From Eubacteriales bacterium (GTDB lineage: Bacteria > Bacillota > Clostridia > Oscillospirales > CAG-272): a DNA stretch of 64,000 nt. Numbering within the stretch: the stretch's first letter is position 1; every line of letters starts with the position of its first letter. Of this stretch, positions 1 through 9,836 are shown in pieces. The DNA lies in assembly GCA_045602215.1 (NCBI GenBank), contig JAZSBE010000060.1:536-64535 (forward strand), in the 5' to 3' direction. The notes below the pieces were generated by a model. That model searched no databases. It was not told where the DNA came from and was given only the letters and a program-made list of their open reading frames with translations. Both the position numbers and the translations under genes were made by a program.

Positions 1-1
1 C

Positions 2-1285
2 GTCATCGGACGGGACGGCATTCCCTTTGAGGTGCAGATCCGTACCTGGGAAATGCATCACGTAGCGGAGTACGGTATCGCGGCGCATTGGAAATATAAA
101 TCGGGCGCGACCTCCAAGGAGGAGATGGATCAGAAGCTGGCGTGGATCGCAAGCCTGATCGAGACCGAGGAGGGAACCAAGGACTCCGAGGAGTTCATGG
201 ACGCCCTCAAGACCGACATCTTCCAGGACGAGGTCTTCGTCTTCACGCCTAAGGGAGATGTCATTGCACTTCCAAACGGATCCAACATCATCGACTTTGC
301 TTACGCCGTTCACTCGGCGGTGGGTAACAAGATGATCGGAGGAAAGATCAACGGTATGATCGTGCCGATCGACCGCGTTCTTCAGAACGGAGAGATCATC
401 GAGGTCCTCACGTCCTCCTCCTCGCGCGGTCCCAGCCGAGACTGGCTCAATATCGTCAAAACCTCTTCGGCGCGCGCCAAGATCCGCGCGTGGTTCAAGA
501 AGGAAAAGCGCGGCGACAATATTGCAATGGGACGTGCGGCGATTGAGGGAGAGATCCGTCGGCTGTGCGGAAAGAATATGCCCGGAGAGGCGCAGAGAGA
601 GGAAATTCTGCAGCCCATCAGCACGCGCTTTGGATACAACAGCATCGAGGATTTCTATGCCGCGATCGGTTACGGCGGACTGGCAATGTCCAAGATTCTC
701 AAGCGGCTTCAGGGCGAGTGCGCGAAGTTCATCCGAACCGATGAGGAGGAAACCGCTCCCATTCTGGTGGCAGAGCAGGTGCCGATCAAGCCCCTGCAGA
801 AGCATCAGAGATCCAATGGCGGCGGGGTTGTCGTGGATGGCGAGGCAGGATGCCTTGTGAAGTTTGCAAAGTGCTGCAATCCTCTGCCGGGAGACGAGGT
901 GATCGGCTTTGTGACCAAGGGCTTTGGAATCTCTATTCACAAAATGGATTGCCCGAACGTCAAGCAGGGAAGATTCAATCCCGAATACGTTGACCGCTGG
1001 AAGGCGGCACATTGGGATCTTCCTCACGGCAATGATAATCAAAGTATGTACGAGGCACTTCTGCAGATCCACAGCGACGACCGCATCGGTATGCTGGCGG
1101 ATATCACGGTGGCACTGGCGGATATGCGCGTGTCGATTTTGCAGGTGAACGTGGTCAGCCGAGGCGCGGATGAGGCGATCGTAAATCTGAAGGTCGGATG
1201 TAAGAATATCGATCACTATAACGCCATCGTTTCGAGATTGCGCGGACTCAACGGTGTGAATGACATTCTGCGCGGATTTGCATAA
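2..1285 (+). CDS. relA: RelA/SpoT-family (p)ppGpp synthetase/hydrolase, C-terminal part (5' end outside window)
   Basis: The frame is open to the window edge (..GRDGIPFEVQIRTWEMHHVAEYGIAAHWKYK, end of the synthetase domain). A TGS domain (VFVFTPKGDVIALPNGSNIIDFAYAVHS) and an ACT-like C-terminus follow. dtd comes next, as is usual in Firmicutes. Confidence 0.92.
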   Translation, partial: VIGRDGIPFEVQIRTWEMHHVAEYGIAAHWKYKSGATSKEEMDQKLAWIASLIETEEGTKDSEEFMDALKTDIFQDEVFVFTPKGDVIALPNGSNIIDFAYAVHSAVGNKMIGGKINGMIVPIDRVLQNGEIIEVLTSSSSRGPSRDWLNIVKTSSARAKIRAWFKKEKRGDNIAMGRAAIEGEIRRLCGKNMPGEAQREEILQPISTRFGYNSIEDFYAAIGYGGLAMSKILKRLQGECAKFIRTDEEETAPILVAEQVPIKPLQKHQRSNGGGVVVDGEAGCLVKFAKCCNPLPGDEVIGFVTKGFGISIHKMDCPNVKQGRFNPEYVDRWKAAHWDLPHGNDNQSMYEALLQIHSDDRIGMLADITVALADMRVSILQVNVVSRGADEAIVNLKVGCKNIDHYNAIVSRLRGLNGVNDILRGFA

Positions 1286-1321
1286 CCGTTTGATTGTTTT
1301 ACAGAAGGGAGAGAGCCGACG

Positions 1322-1780
1322 ATGAAGGCGGTGCTTCAAAGAGTTACACACGCAGAGGTTGAGGTGGACGGCAAGACCGTCGGAAGCTGCGGACAGGGAT
1401 TTCTGATCCTGCTTGGCGTCGCGCAGGGCGACACCGAACGGGAGGCGGAGCTTCTATGCAGAAAGATCGTGAATCTTCGTGTGTTTGAGGACGATGCGGG
1501 GAAGATGAACCGTTCGATTCTGGACGTGGACGGCGAGGCACTTGTGATTTCACAGTTTACGCTGATGGCAAACTGCCGACACGGAAACCGTCCCGACTTT
1601 ATGGCATCCGCCAAGCCGGACGTTGCAATCCCTTTGTACGAATATTTTAAGAAATTGGCAGCAGAGAGTATTCGACGTGTTGAATGCGGTATTTTTGGGG
1701 CAGACATGAAGGTCAGTCTCCTCAATGACGGCCCTGTTACCATTGTTTTGGATACCGATACTCTGAAGAAAGAAAAATAA
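1322..1780 (+). CDS. dtd: D-aminoacyl-tRNA deacylase
   Basis: 152 aa. N-terminus MKAVLQRV..A.V.VDGK..G....G.L.LLGV and the SQFTL motif are typical of Dtd. It sits directly downstream of relA. Confidence 0.92.
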   Translation: MKAVLQRVTHAEVEVDGKTVGSCGQGFLILLGVAQGDTEREAELLCRKIVNLRVFEDDAGKMNRSILDVDGEALVISQFTLMANCRHGNRPDFMASAKPDVAIPLYEYFKKLAAESIRRVECGIFGADMKVSLLNDGPVTIVLDTDTLKKEK

Positions 1781-1792
1781 AGGAAGTTTGCC

Positions 1793-3289
1793 ATGAGATT
1801 GATATTGGATGGAAACATCAACATATACTATGTTCAGACCCTTTGCATGATCTTTTTCCCCGGAGCCAAATTTGGGGCAACCGAGCAGGAGGATCCGAGT
1901 GCTCCTGAGCTGCGTCTGACGCTGACCGAGCAGGAGAACGGCATGGAAGCGACGGCGACCCTGACCGTGGACGGCAAGAGTGAGACGGCAACGAAGTTTT
2001 GGGAGTTTTCCGAGCATCATACCAATGAAAAAACGGCAAAGCTTGCTTGCGGCGCGGCAGTCATTGCGGCGTGCGGGTCCTTGCTTGGATACCGTCCCTC
2101 CTGGGGAATGCTGACGGGTGTGCGTCCCTCCAAGGTCGCGACGGAGCTGCTCCAGAGAGGCTGCAGCAAGACCAAGGTCAAGAAGATCCTGACGGCAGAA
2201 TACGGCGTGATCCCCAAGAAGGCATCGCTTGCCACCGACGTGGCGCTCGTGGAGCAGAAGATCATCGGAACGCCCGGAAAACGCGATTGCAGCGTTTATA
2301 TTTCGATCCCGTTTTGTCCGACGCGTTGCACCTATTGCTCCTTCGTTTCCTATACGTCGAAAAAGCTTTTGGATACGCTTCCCGATTATCTGGCACATCT
2401 CGTTGCAGATGTGCGCGCGACCTTTGCTAAGATCCGCGAATTGGGATTGAACGTCAAAACGGTCTATATCGGCGGCGGAACACCCACCATTCTCTCGGCG
2501 GATCAGCTCAGGCTTCTGTTGTCTACCGTCGCGGAGTGTACCGACGTGAGCTTGCTTGAGGAGTACACACTGGAATCGGGCAGAGCAGATACCATCACGG
2601 CAGAGAAATTTGCGGTTGCCAAGGAATACGGCGTTACACGAGTGTGCGTCAACGCGCAGTCTCTTTCGGATGAAGTGCTCCGCAACATCGGCAGAAGCCA
2701 CAATACAGAGGATTTTCTGCGCGCGTTTGAGATTGCAAGGGAATCCGGAATTTCGCAGATCAATACCGATCTGATCGTTGGATTGCCCGGGGATACCTTC
2801 AAGATCTTTTCTGCAGGCTTTGACAAGGTTCTTTCTCTCAGACCCGAAAACGTTACGGTACATACCTTCTGCGTGAAGAAGGCGTCGGAGATCCTGCGGC
2901 AGGACGGTCACGTCTATTCTTTGCGTGGAGGAGATGCAGGAAAGTGTGTGGACTATTCCCAGCTCAAGGCGATTCAGGAGGGCTACAAGCCTTACTATAT
3001 GTACCGTCAGAAGAATACGGTCGGGAACTATGAAAACGTGGGCTTTGCTCTGGAAGGCGCAGAATGTAAGTATAACGTATACATGATGGAGGAAGTGCAT
3101 TCCATTTTCGCGGCAGGCGCGGGCGCGGTTTCCAAGATGGTGAACTACAGTCCCGTCGGTGGCGGAAATCCCGTCATTGAGCGGTTGTTTTATCCCAAGT
3201 ATCCGTATGAGTACCTTCAGGACCAAAGCACCGCCGAAAAGCTGGAGAAGATGGAGCAATTCTACCGTCAACACCAATTGCTGAACTGA
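1793..3289 (+). CDS. Radical SAM protein, HemN/HemZ-like coproporphyrinogen dehydrogenase family
   Basis: 498 aa. CxxxCxxC radical-SAM motif (IPFCPTRCTYCSF), GGGTPT motif (YIGGGTPTIL), and HemN-type length and architecture. Confidence 0.8.
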   Translation: MRLILDGNINIYYVQTLCMIFFPGAKFGATEQEDPSAPELRLTLTEQENGMEATATLTVDGKSETATKFWEFSEHHTNEKTAKLACGAAVIAACGSLLGYRPSWGMLTGVRPSKVATELLQRGCSKTKVKKILTAEYGVIPKKASLATDVALVEQKIIGTPGKRDCSVYISIPFCPTRCTYCSFVSYTSKKLLDTLPDYLAHLVADVRATFAKIRELGLNVKTVYIGGGTPTILSADQLRLLLSTVAECTDVSLLEEYTLESGRADTITAEKFAVAKEYGVTRVCVNAQSLSDEVLRNIGRSHNTEDFLRAFEIARESGISQINTDLIVGLPGDTFKIFSAGFDKVLSLRPENVTVHTFCVKKASEILRQDGHVYSLRGGDAGKCVDYSQLKAIQEGYKPYYMYRQKNTVGNYENVGFALEGAECKYNVYMMEEVHSIFAAGAGAVSKMVNYSPVGGGNPVIERLFYPKYPYEYLQDQSTAEKLEKMEQFYRQHQLLN

Positions 3290-3335
3290 CAAAACGTCAG
3301 GTTCTGCCCGATGGATATCGGGAAGGAGGATGCTT

Positions 3336-4250
3336 ATGAAGAAGCATTACGAAGTGAAACCAAATCTGTCACATGACGAAATCACGCGCTTGATTTCCGC
3401 GGGCGAGCGCTATTTTGAGTCGCAGCTTGAGGAGATCTCAAGGTCGCTTTTGGAAAAAGCGGATCTGCATTTTCTCGGACTGACAGGACCAACCTGCTCG
3501 GGAAAAACGACGTCTGCAAATCTGCTCACCGATCTTCTGGAATCGCACGGAAAGCAGATTCACGTGATTTCGATTGACGATTTTTACTATGATAAGCCCC
3601 ATCTCTTGGAGATGACAAGAAAGAAGGGCGAGACCAAGCTGGATTACGATTCGGAGGAGACCATTGACATCTCCCTTCTGGAATCCTGTGTGGAGTCGCT
3701 CAGGGCAGGGAAGCGAACGAGGCTTCCGAAATTCAATTTTACAACGGGACTTCGCGAGGCAGGGGAGGAGATCCTTCCCTCTGCCAAGGACGTCTTTCTC
3801 TTTGAGGGGATCCAGGTTCTCTATCCCCGTGTGGATCGCATTCTGCGTAGCTCGCAGTATCAGAGTATCCACATCGCGCCCCAGTCCTCTATCGAGATCG
3901 GGGGAGAGGTCTTTGAGCCGAATGAAATCCGCTTGATGCGAAGGCTCGTCAGGGACTATCATTTCCGCAACGCCGAGCCGGAGTTTACCTTTACTATCTG
4001 GCAAAGTGTGCGGGACAACGAGGAAAAACTGATCTTTCCGAACGTGCATTTGTGTGACTACAAAATCGACTCAACTATGCCGTACGAGATCGGTATTTTG
4101 AAACCCTATCTGGAGAACATTCTGCCAAGGGTTACAAGCGATCCCGTACACGCTAAGCAGGCAAGCTCCATTTTGGCAGAGCTTGAGAACGTGCAAGCAC
4201 TCCCGTCAGATCTGATCCCTCAAAATTCACTGTACAAGGAATTTATTTAA
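3336..4250 (+). CDS. Uridine kinase/phosphoribulokinase-family nucleoside kinase
   Basis: P-loop GLTGPTCSGKTT followed by ISIDDFYYD, as in Udk-like kinases. The ATG at 3336 lies 8 nt after AAGGAGGA; the ORF track starts 6 nt earlier, at 3330. Confidence 0.7.
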   Translation: MKKHYEVKPNLSHDEITRLISAGERYFESQLEEISRSLLEKADLHFLGLTGPTCSGKTTSANLLTDLLESHGKQIHVISIDDFYYDKPHLLEMTRKKGETKLDYDSEETIDISLLESCVESLRAGKRTRLPKFNFTTGLREAGEEILPSAKDVFLFEGIQVLYPRVDRILRSSQYQSIHIAPQSSIEIGGEVFEPNEIRLMRRLVRDYHFRNAEPEFTFTIWQSVRDNEEKLIFPNVHLCDYKIDSTMPYEIGILKPYLENILPRVTSDPVHAKQASSILAELENVQALPSDLIPQNSLYKEFI

Positions 4251-4252
4251 CG

Positions 4253-5545
4253 ATGAAATTATTACTCAAAAACGCGACGTTGCTCCCCGAGTACGGCTTT
4301 GCAGATCGGCGCGTAAACGTATTGATTAAGGATAAGAAAATCTACGGAATTACAGAAGTTCTGCCGGATGATTTCGTGGCGGACGAGGTGGTAGATTGCG
4401 GCGGTAATCTGCTGATTCCCGCGTTTTACAACGCGCACTGTCACGCGGCAATGACCCTTTTCCGAGGATACGGCGAGGATCTCCCGCTCCAGCGGTGGCT
4501 TGAAGAGAAGATCTTTCCCGCAGAGGAGCATCTGACCTTCCGCAGTGTCTATCACGGAACGATGCTGGCGATCGCGGAGATGCTGAAATCGGGTATCGCG
4601 TCCTTCTCGGATATGTATATGTTTGAGGACGCGGTCGCGGAGGCGGTTCTTGCCAGCGGCATCAAGGCGAATCTCTCCAGATCTTTGGTCTCCTTCGATC
4701 CGAACGTGGATATGAGCCAGGAAAACCGTATGGTCGAGGCGATCCGCCTGGCAGAGTGGTATCACGGCATCGATGACGGCAGGATCCTCGTGGATTTCTC
4801 CCTTCACGCCGAATACACCAACATCCCCAAGGCCTGCGAATACGTCGCGGAGATTGCAAAGAGATTCAAAACGGGTATGCAGATCCACCTTTCCGAAACC
4901 GAGAAGGAGCACATGGACTGCATCGGCAGATGGGGTAAGACTCCTACGGAGTTTTTCCGAGACACGGGTGTTTTGGACGTCCCAACAACGGCGGCGCACG
5001 GCGTTTGGCTTCAGGATAGCGATCTTCCCATTCTCGCAGAAAAGAAGGTTACCATCGCGCACAACCCCGTGAGCAATCTCAAGCTCGGAAGCGGCGTGAT
5101 GCCTCTGAAAAAGCTGATGAATGCAGGGATCAACGTTGCGCTCGGAACGGATGGCGTGGCATCAAACAACCGCTTGGATGTTCTCCGTGAGCTTCAGACG
5201 GCGGCGATCCTGCACAAGGGTGTGAACCGAGATCCTGCCTGCCTCACGGCAAGAGAGGTGTTCCCCTTGGCGACGCGGAACGGCGCGATAGCGCAGAGAA
5301 GAGGGGATTGCGGAGAGATCAAGGTCGGCAATCGCGCGGATCTGGTGCTCCTCGACCGCAACACGCTACATAACGTCCCGTGCTTTGACGATTATGCAAT
5401 GATCGCCTACAGCGCAGAGCGAAGCGACGTACGAATGACCATGGTCGATGGACGCATACTTTACCGAAACGGTGAGTATACTTCCATTGATGAGGAACGG
5501 ATGCGATTTGAATGCCGCGAGACGTTTGCTCATTACTTTGAGTAA
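4253..5545 (+). CDS. mtaD: Amidohydrolase, 5-methylthioadenosine/S-adenosylhomocysteine deaminase type
   Basis: 430 aa. Metal-binding HxH (FYNAHCHAAMTLFRGYGEDLPLQRWL), later HLSET and GTDG motifs typical of MtaD/TrzA-family deaminases. Confidence 0.85.
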   Translation: MKLLLKNATLLPEYGFADRRVNVLIKDKKIYGITEVLPDDFVADEVVDCGGNLLIPAFYNAHCHAAMTLFRGYGEDLPLQRWLEEKIFPAEEHLTFRSVYHGTMLAIAEMLKSGIASFSDMYMFEDAVAEAVLASGIKANLSRSLVSFDPNVDMSQENRMVEAIRLAEWYHGIDDGRILVDFSLHAEYTNIPKACEYVAEIAKRFKTGMQIHLSETEKEHMDCIGRWGKTPTEFFRDTGVLDVPTTAAHGVWLQDSDLPILAEKKVTIAHNPVSNLKLGSGVMPLKKLMNAGINVALGTDGVASNNRLDVLRELQTAAILHKGVNRDPACLTAREVFPLATRNGAIAQRRGDCGEIKVGNRADLVLLDRNTLHNVPCFDDYAMIAYSAERSDVRMTMVDGRILYRNGEYTSIDEERMRFECRETFAHYFE

Positions 5546-5561
5546 ACGGCGGTGAACGGAA

Positions 5562-7196
5562 ATGGTGGAAAGCAAGAATACAGCAAGAAAAAGCTTCTTT
5601 TCGGGCGTGCTGTTGTTATCGCTTTCCACCGTTCTGGTTAAGGTCGTCGGATTCGTTTATAAGATCCCCATGCTCTCCTATCTCGGATCGGTGGGAATGG
5701 GGTATTTTCATTCGGCGTATGAGATTTACGCCATGTTCTGCGTGATTGCAACCGCAGGACTTCCGGTAGCGCTCTCCCTATTGATTTCCGCCGCTCTGGC
5801 GCGAGAGGATCACACGCGTGTGAGGAAAATCTTTCAAACGGGGATCAAGGTCTTTTTTGTTGTTGGACTGGCAGGGAGCGCAATCATGATCGCATTGGCA
5901 CCGGCGTTCTGCTGCATGATTCAAAGCCAAAACGCCTACGACTGTATTTTGGCGATTGCGCCGACCGTTTTCTTCGTCTGCCTTTCCTCTGCGTATCGCG
6001 GATATTTTCAAGGATATCAGAGAATGATGCCGACGGCGGTCTCGCAGCTGATCGAGGCAGTTGGAAAATTGATCTTCGGGCTGTTGTTTGCCCGCATCGC
6101 ATTACAAAGAGGCATGGAACCTCCCAAAATCGCGGCGGCGGCAGGATGGGGATTGACGCTCGGAACCGCGTTTTCTGCGGTTTATCTGATGATCGAAAAG
6201 GCTCGGTTTGATCGACGGGAGAAGAAACGGTTGTGTGCTCTTGAGCAAACCGTGATCGCTTCTCCGTCGCCGATTTTATCTCCGCTTGCAAGACTTGCGA
6301 TCCCCATGACGCTGGGGGCATCGGCGGTGAGTCTGACAAAGCTGATTGATATGACCATGATCCTGCGCCGATTGCAGTCGATCGGTCTGACCGAAATTGC
6401 GGCAAACGAGATTTACGGGAGCTATACCACCCTGGCTCTCTCCATCTACTCCTTGTTGCCTTCCTTGGTGGGGACCATTGCTTTGCCGCTGATCCCGATT
6501 CTGTCCTCTGCGATCGAGGTCGGAGATCGGGAAAGGCAGAGAAGTATGATCCGCACGTCTTACCATCTGACCACGATGCTGGCGATTCCTGCGGCGCTTG
6601 GCGTATCGGCCTTTGCAAGACCGATCCTTTCCCTGCTGTTTGGAAGGGAAGCCGAGGCGGTCGAGCAGGCGGCTCCGCTTTTGTCGATGCTGGGCGTCTC
6701 GATCTTTCTCTCCTGCATGATTGCCGCCAGCAATTCGGTCCTGCACGCATATCGCTCGGTCAACCGTCCGATTCTATCCATGCTTGCAGGGGCGGTCGTA
6801 AAGGTAGTGTCGGCATATTTTCTCATTGGAATCCCATCGGTCGGGATTCTGGGAGCTCCCATCAGTACCTTTGCGTGCAATCTCACTGTTGTTGCGCTCA
6901 ACCTTTTCTTTGCAGCAAGATTGCAGAAGATTGACGATCTGATCGCGGTGTTCGGAAAGCCCCTTGCGGCGTCTATTCCTGCCGTGGGGATTCCGTTTTG
7001 TCTGTATCAGTTGTTCACGATGCAGTTCGGAGAAAGTATGGCCCTGAGCGTAGGCGCGCTTTCTCTCGTAGTTGTTTTGTATGCTTTTTTCGCTTGCCTT
7101 TTGGGGGTAATCACCTCGGAGGATCTGGCGTCTCTTCCCATGGGCAATCAAATTGCCGGATTATTTACGAAAATTCATCTGCTTCGCGCGGATTGA
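5562..7196 (+). CDS. MOP-superfamily flippase (YabM/SpoVB/MurJ-like polysaccharide biosynthesis protein)
   Basis: 544 aa polytopic membrane protein. It sits immediately upstream of mazG-yabO-yabP-yabQ-divIC, the position of yabM in Bacillus. Confidence 0.75.
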   Translation: MVESKNTARKSFFSGVLLLSLSTVLVKVVGFVYKIPMLSYLGSVGMGYFHSAYEIYAMFCVIATAGLPVALSLLISAALAREDHTRVRKIFQTGIKVFFVVGLAGSAIMIALAPAFCCMIQSQNAYDCILAIAPTVFFVCLSSAYRGYFQGYQRMMPTAVSQLIEAVGKLIFGLLFARIALQRGMEPPKIAAAAGWGLTLGTAFSAVYLMIEKARFDRREKKRLCALEQTVIASPSPILSPLARLAIPMTLGASAVSLTKLIDMTMILRRLQSIGLTEIAANEIYGSYTTLALSIYSLLPSLVGTIALPLIPILSSAIEVGDRERQRSMIRTSYHLTTMLAIPAALGVSAFARPILSLLFGREAEAVEQAAPLLSMLGVSIFLSCMIAASNSVLHAYRSVNRPILSMLAGAVVKVVSAYFLIGIPSVGILGAPISTFACNLTVVALNLFFAARLQKIDDLIAVFGKPLAASIPAVGIPFCLYQLFTMQFGESMALSVGALSLVVVLYAFFACLLGVITSEDLASLPMGNQIAGLFTKIHLLRAD

Positions 7197-7211
7197 CTGT
7201 TTGAGGGATAT

Positions 7212-7940
7212 ATGAATCAAAAAGAAACGATTGAAGCGTTGCTTCAAAAAAAGAGCTATCAATTTGACGATCTGAAGGCGATCATGGCGATTTTGAGATC
7301 TGACGGCGGATGTCCGTGGGATCGCGAGCAGACACACGAAAGCATTCGCTCCTGCATGATCGAGGAGACCTACGAGGTGATCGAGGCGATCGATACCGAG
7401 AACACCTCGCTTCTTCGTGAGGAGCTTGGGGACGTTCTCTTTCAGATTATGTTCCATTCCCAGATCGAATCCGAAAAAAATGAATTTTCGGTGGATGATG
7501 TGGTCAATGATATCTGTGTGAAGATGATCCACCGTCACCCGCACGTTTTTATGCAGGGGCAGGTGCTGAGGAGCGCGCAGGACGTCGTGGAGCGCTGGGA
7601 GCGGATCAAGGTCGAGGAGAAGCAAAGGAAGACGACGGCGTCTCGTCTGCGATCCATTCCTCCTATGCTGCCTGCGCTGATGCGAGCGCAAAAGGTTTCG
7701 TCAAAGGCGGGATTGACGCAGCTCGAATCGGACGGTGAAAGAGAGATCTGCAGGCTCGTCGATTCGCTTTTGAACGCTGGGGAAGAGGGAAGGACGGAAG
7801 CCCTTGGAGAGCTTCTGATGAAGCTCTCGATTTGGGCGGATGCGAAGGAAATTGACGCCGAATTTGCACTCGGACAAGCCGTCGAACGTCAAATTCAAGA
7901 AATTGAGAAAAAAGAGTGTCAAATTTGTGAAAAAAATTGA
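7212..7940 (+). CDS. mazG: Nucleoside triphosphate pyrophosphohydrolase MazG
   Basis: GGCPWDREQTHESIRSCMIEETYEVIEAID and REELGDVLFQ motifs. MazG domain only; there is no N-terminal methylase domain. Confidence 0.9.
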   Translation: MNQKETIEALLQKKSYQFDDLKAIMAILRSDGGCPWDREQTHESIRSCMIEETYEVIEAIDTENTSLLREELGDVLFQIMFHSQIESEKNEFSVDDVVNDICVKMIHRHPHVFMQGQVLRSAQDVVERWERIKVEEKQRKTTASRLRSIPPMLPALMRAQKVSSKAGLTQLESDGEREICRLVDSLLNAGEEGRTEALGELLMKLSIWADAKEIDAEFALGQAVERQIQEIEKKECQICEKN

Positions 7941-7969
7941 TTTTTTTATCAAAATATATGGAAAACCTC

Positions 7970-7998
7970 TTGCAAAACGCCTGATTATATGGTAAAAT
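7970..7998 (+). promoter_or_regulatory. Candidate sigma-A promoter of hup
   Basis: TTGCAA (7970-7975), 17-nt spacer, TAAAAT (7993-7998), about 37 nt upstream of the hup ATG. Confidence 0.4.
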
Positions 7999-8034
7999 AA
8001 ACACATAAAAATAAAAAATAAGGAGAATTTTCCC

Positions 8035-8310
8035 ATGAAAAAAGCAGAACTCATTGAGAAGATCGCAAAAGAGACCGGTATGACCAAGAAGGACGTTACC
8101 GCAGTTTGTGATGCACTGGTTGCATCCATCGCTGACGTAATGGCAGCAGGAGATTCCATTCAGCTTTCCGGCTTTGGAACCTTCTCTTCCAAGGTTCGTG
8201 CAGCTCGCACCGGCAGAAATCCCCAGACCGGCGCTGCGATCGAGATTCCCGAGAGCCGTCTGGCAGCTTTCAGCGCAAGCAAGACCCTCAAGGAGAAGCT
8301 CAACGGCTGA
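8035..8310 (+). CDS. hup: DNA-binding protein HU
   Basis: 91 aa. MKKAELIEKIAKETGMTKKDV...GFGTF..K.RAARTGRNPQTG..I.I is canonical HU. Strong RBS AAGGAGA. Confidence 0.95.
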   Translation: MKKAELIEKIAKETGMTKKDVTAVCDALVASIADVMAAGDSIQLSGFGTFSSKVRAARTGRNPQTGAAIEIPESRLAAFSASKTLKEKLNG

Positions 8311-8316
8311 TTTTGA

Positions 8317-8559
8317 ATGAGGCTTGATAAATTTCTTAAGGTTTCCAGAATCATCAAACGTCGCACCGTTGCCAACGAGGCTTGTGATGCCGCCCACGTG
8401 ACGGTAAACGGCAGACAGGCAAAGGCGTCCTATGACGTCAAGGAGGGCGATGTGATCGAGGTGACCTTTGGGCAGAGAACGCTCAAAATCCGAGTCCTGG
8501 ACGTAAAAGAACATACGCTCAAGGCTGATGCGTCGAATCTTTACGAGGTTCTATCCTGA
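8317..8559 (+). CDS. yabO: S4-domain RNA-binding protein (YabO/Hsp15-like)
   Basis: 80 aa. MRLDKFLKVSRIIKRRT.A......G.V.VNG is an S4 motif. Conserved position before yabP. Confidence 0.85.
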   Translation: MRLDKFLKVSRIIKRRTVANEACDAAHVTVNGRQAKASYDVKEGDVIEVTFGQRTLKIRVLDVKEHTLKADASNLYEVLS

Positions 8560-8620
8560 GAGGAATAAATTCTTGCGCTGTGACATATGGTAGACCAACC
8601 TGATTTTTGGGAGGGATACT

Positions 8621-8905
8621 ATGAACACCGAGAAACACAGTTCCACACAAACGCTGTCGCTCACAGACAGAAAGTCTTTGGATTTGAACGGAGTGAATGA
8701 CGTGATTCGCTTTGACGAGGAGGGAGTAGTGCTTTCTACGGTTTGCGGAACGCTGACTGTGGAAGGCACTTCTCTCCATGTTAGAGTCCTGAATTTGGAG
8801 GAAGGGAAGGTCGAAATCGACGGAAAGGTCGATGCTTTGCTATATTTCGATGCGACCGAGGACGGCGGATCTAAGCGCGGTCTGTTTTCCAAGCTCTTTC
8901 ATTAA
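8621..8905 (+). CDS. yabP: Sporulation protein YabP
   Basis: 94 aa. The L.L.DRK.L.L.GV..V..FDE..VVL.T..G.L.V.G..LH pattern is typical of YabP. Synteny with yabQ and divIC. Confidence 0.85.
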   Translation: MNTEKHSSTQTLSLTDRKSLDLNGVNDVIRFDEEGVVLSTVCGTLTVEGTSLHVRVLNLEEGKVEIDGKVDALLYFDATEDGGSKRGLFSKLFH

Positions 8906-8911
8906 AAAAAG

Positions 8912-9559
8912 ATGACGGTATCGCAGACGCAGCTTGCCCTTCTGTATCTCTGTTCGATTTTCATGGGGGCGTCCTTGGGATTGCTCTACGACGGCTTTCG
9001 GATCGCGAGAATTTTTCTGGGAGAGCATTTTTCAAAGGTTGCAAACCGATTTGAGGCGGTCGATCTCCCCCTGATCGGCGCGCCCAAAAAACCAAAAAGC
9101 AGAAATAAGCTGAGAGCGATTTTCCTTTTCGTCAGCGATTTTTTGTTCTGCATCATCGCATCTGTGGCTTTGATCCTGCTTTTTTATCAGATGAATCACG
9201 GAAAGATTCGCTTTATGACCTTTGTTTTTGCGGGGGCAGGGTTTTATCTGTATCGCTTTACCATTGGAAAACTGGTCATGGCATGCTCGGAGACCGTTGC
9301 GTTCGTTCTGCAGACGGCTGTGAGGTACGGTTGCTTTTTCGTCTGTTTTCCATTCAAATGGTTTGCGCGAAAGGTGTATCACCTCATAAAAGCGATCGTC
9401 AGAAAGCAAACGGAGAAACGGATGAAGCGGATTCGGGTTCGCTATACCGCGTATCAGCTGGCGCATCCCGAGTCGATCATAGGCGCGGCTTTGCCAAAGG
9501 AAGAAAAAAAGAAAGGAGTACGGTACCGTGGAAGAAAAAAAGAGGCAATTCAGCCTTAG
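8912..9559 (+). CDS. yabQ: Spore cortex biosynthesis protein YabQ-like membrane protein
   Basis: 215 aa with several TM segments and a basic C-terminal tail, immediately after yabP. Confidence 0.7.
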   Translation: MTVSQTQLALLYLCSIFMGASLGLLYDGFRIARIFLGEHFSKVANRFEAVDLPLIGAPKKPKSRNKLRAIFLFVSDFLFCIIASVALILLFYQMNHGKIRFMTFVFAGAGFYLYRFTIGKLVMACSETVAFVLQTAVRYGCFFVCFPFKWFARKVYHLIKAIVRKQTEKRMKRIRVRYTAYQLAHPESIIGAALPKEEKKKGVRYRGRKKEAIQP

Positions 9560-9821
9560 TCTGTTGGTCAGAATTTTTCTGGCTGTCATTGTGGTCGTCT
9601 CCCTTGCCGTATTCGTGAGCAGCGTGATGCGCTATAATGAGCTTCGCGCAGAGCAAGAGGAGCTGGAAGCGACCAAGGCAGAGCTGATCGAGGAAAAAGA
9701 GGAGCTCGTGGAGCTTTCCGATTCAAAGGGAACAGAGAAATTTGTCGTAAAGATGGCAAGAAGGTTCTGGAACTTGTTTTTCCCCGATGAGGAAGTATAC
9801 TACAACGATAGAAATTCGTAA
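9528..9821 (+). CDS. divIC: Septum formation initiator (DivIC/FtsB family)
   Basis: 97 aa. One N-terminal TM helix, then a coiled coil (ELRAEQEELEATKAELIEEKEELVEL). GTG start 10 nt after AAAGGAG. Overlaps the yabQ 3' end. Confidence 0.75.
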   Translation: MEEKKRQFSLSLLVRIFLAVIVVVSLAVFVSSVMRYNELRAEQEELEATKAELIEEKEELVELSDSKGTEKFVVKMARRFWNLFFPDEEVYYNDRNS

Positions 9822-9836
9822 AGAAAGATTGTGACC

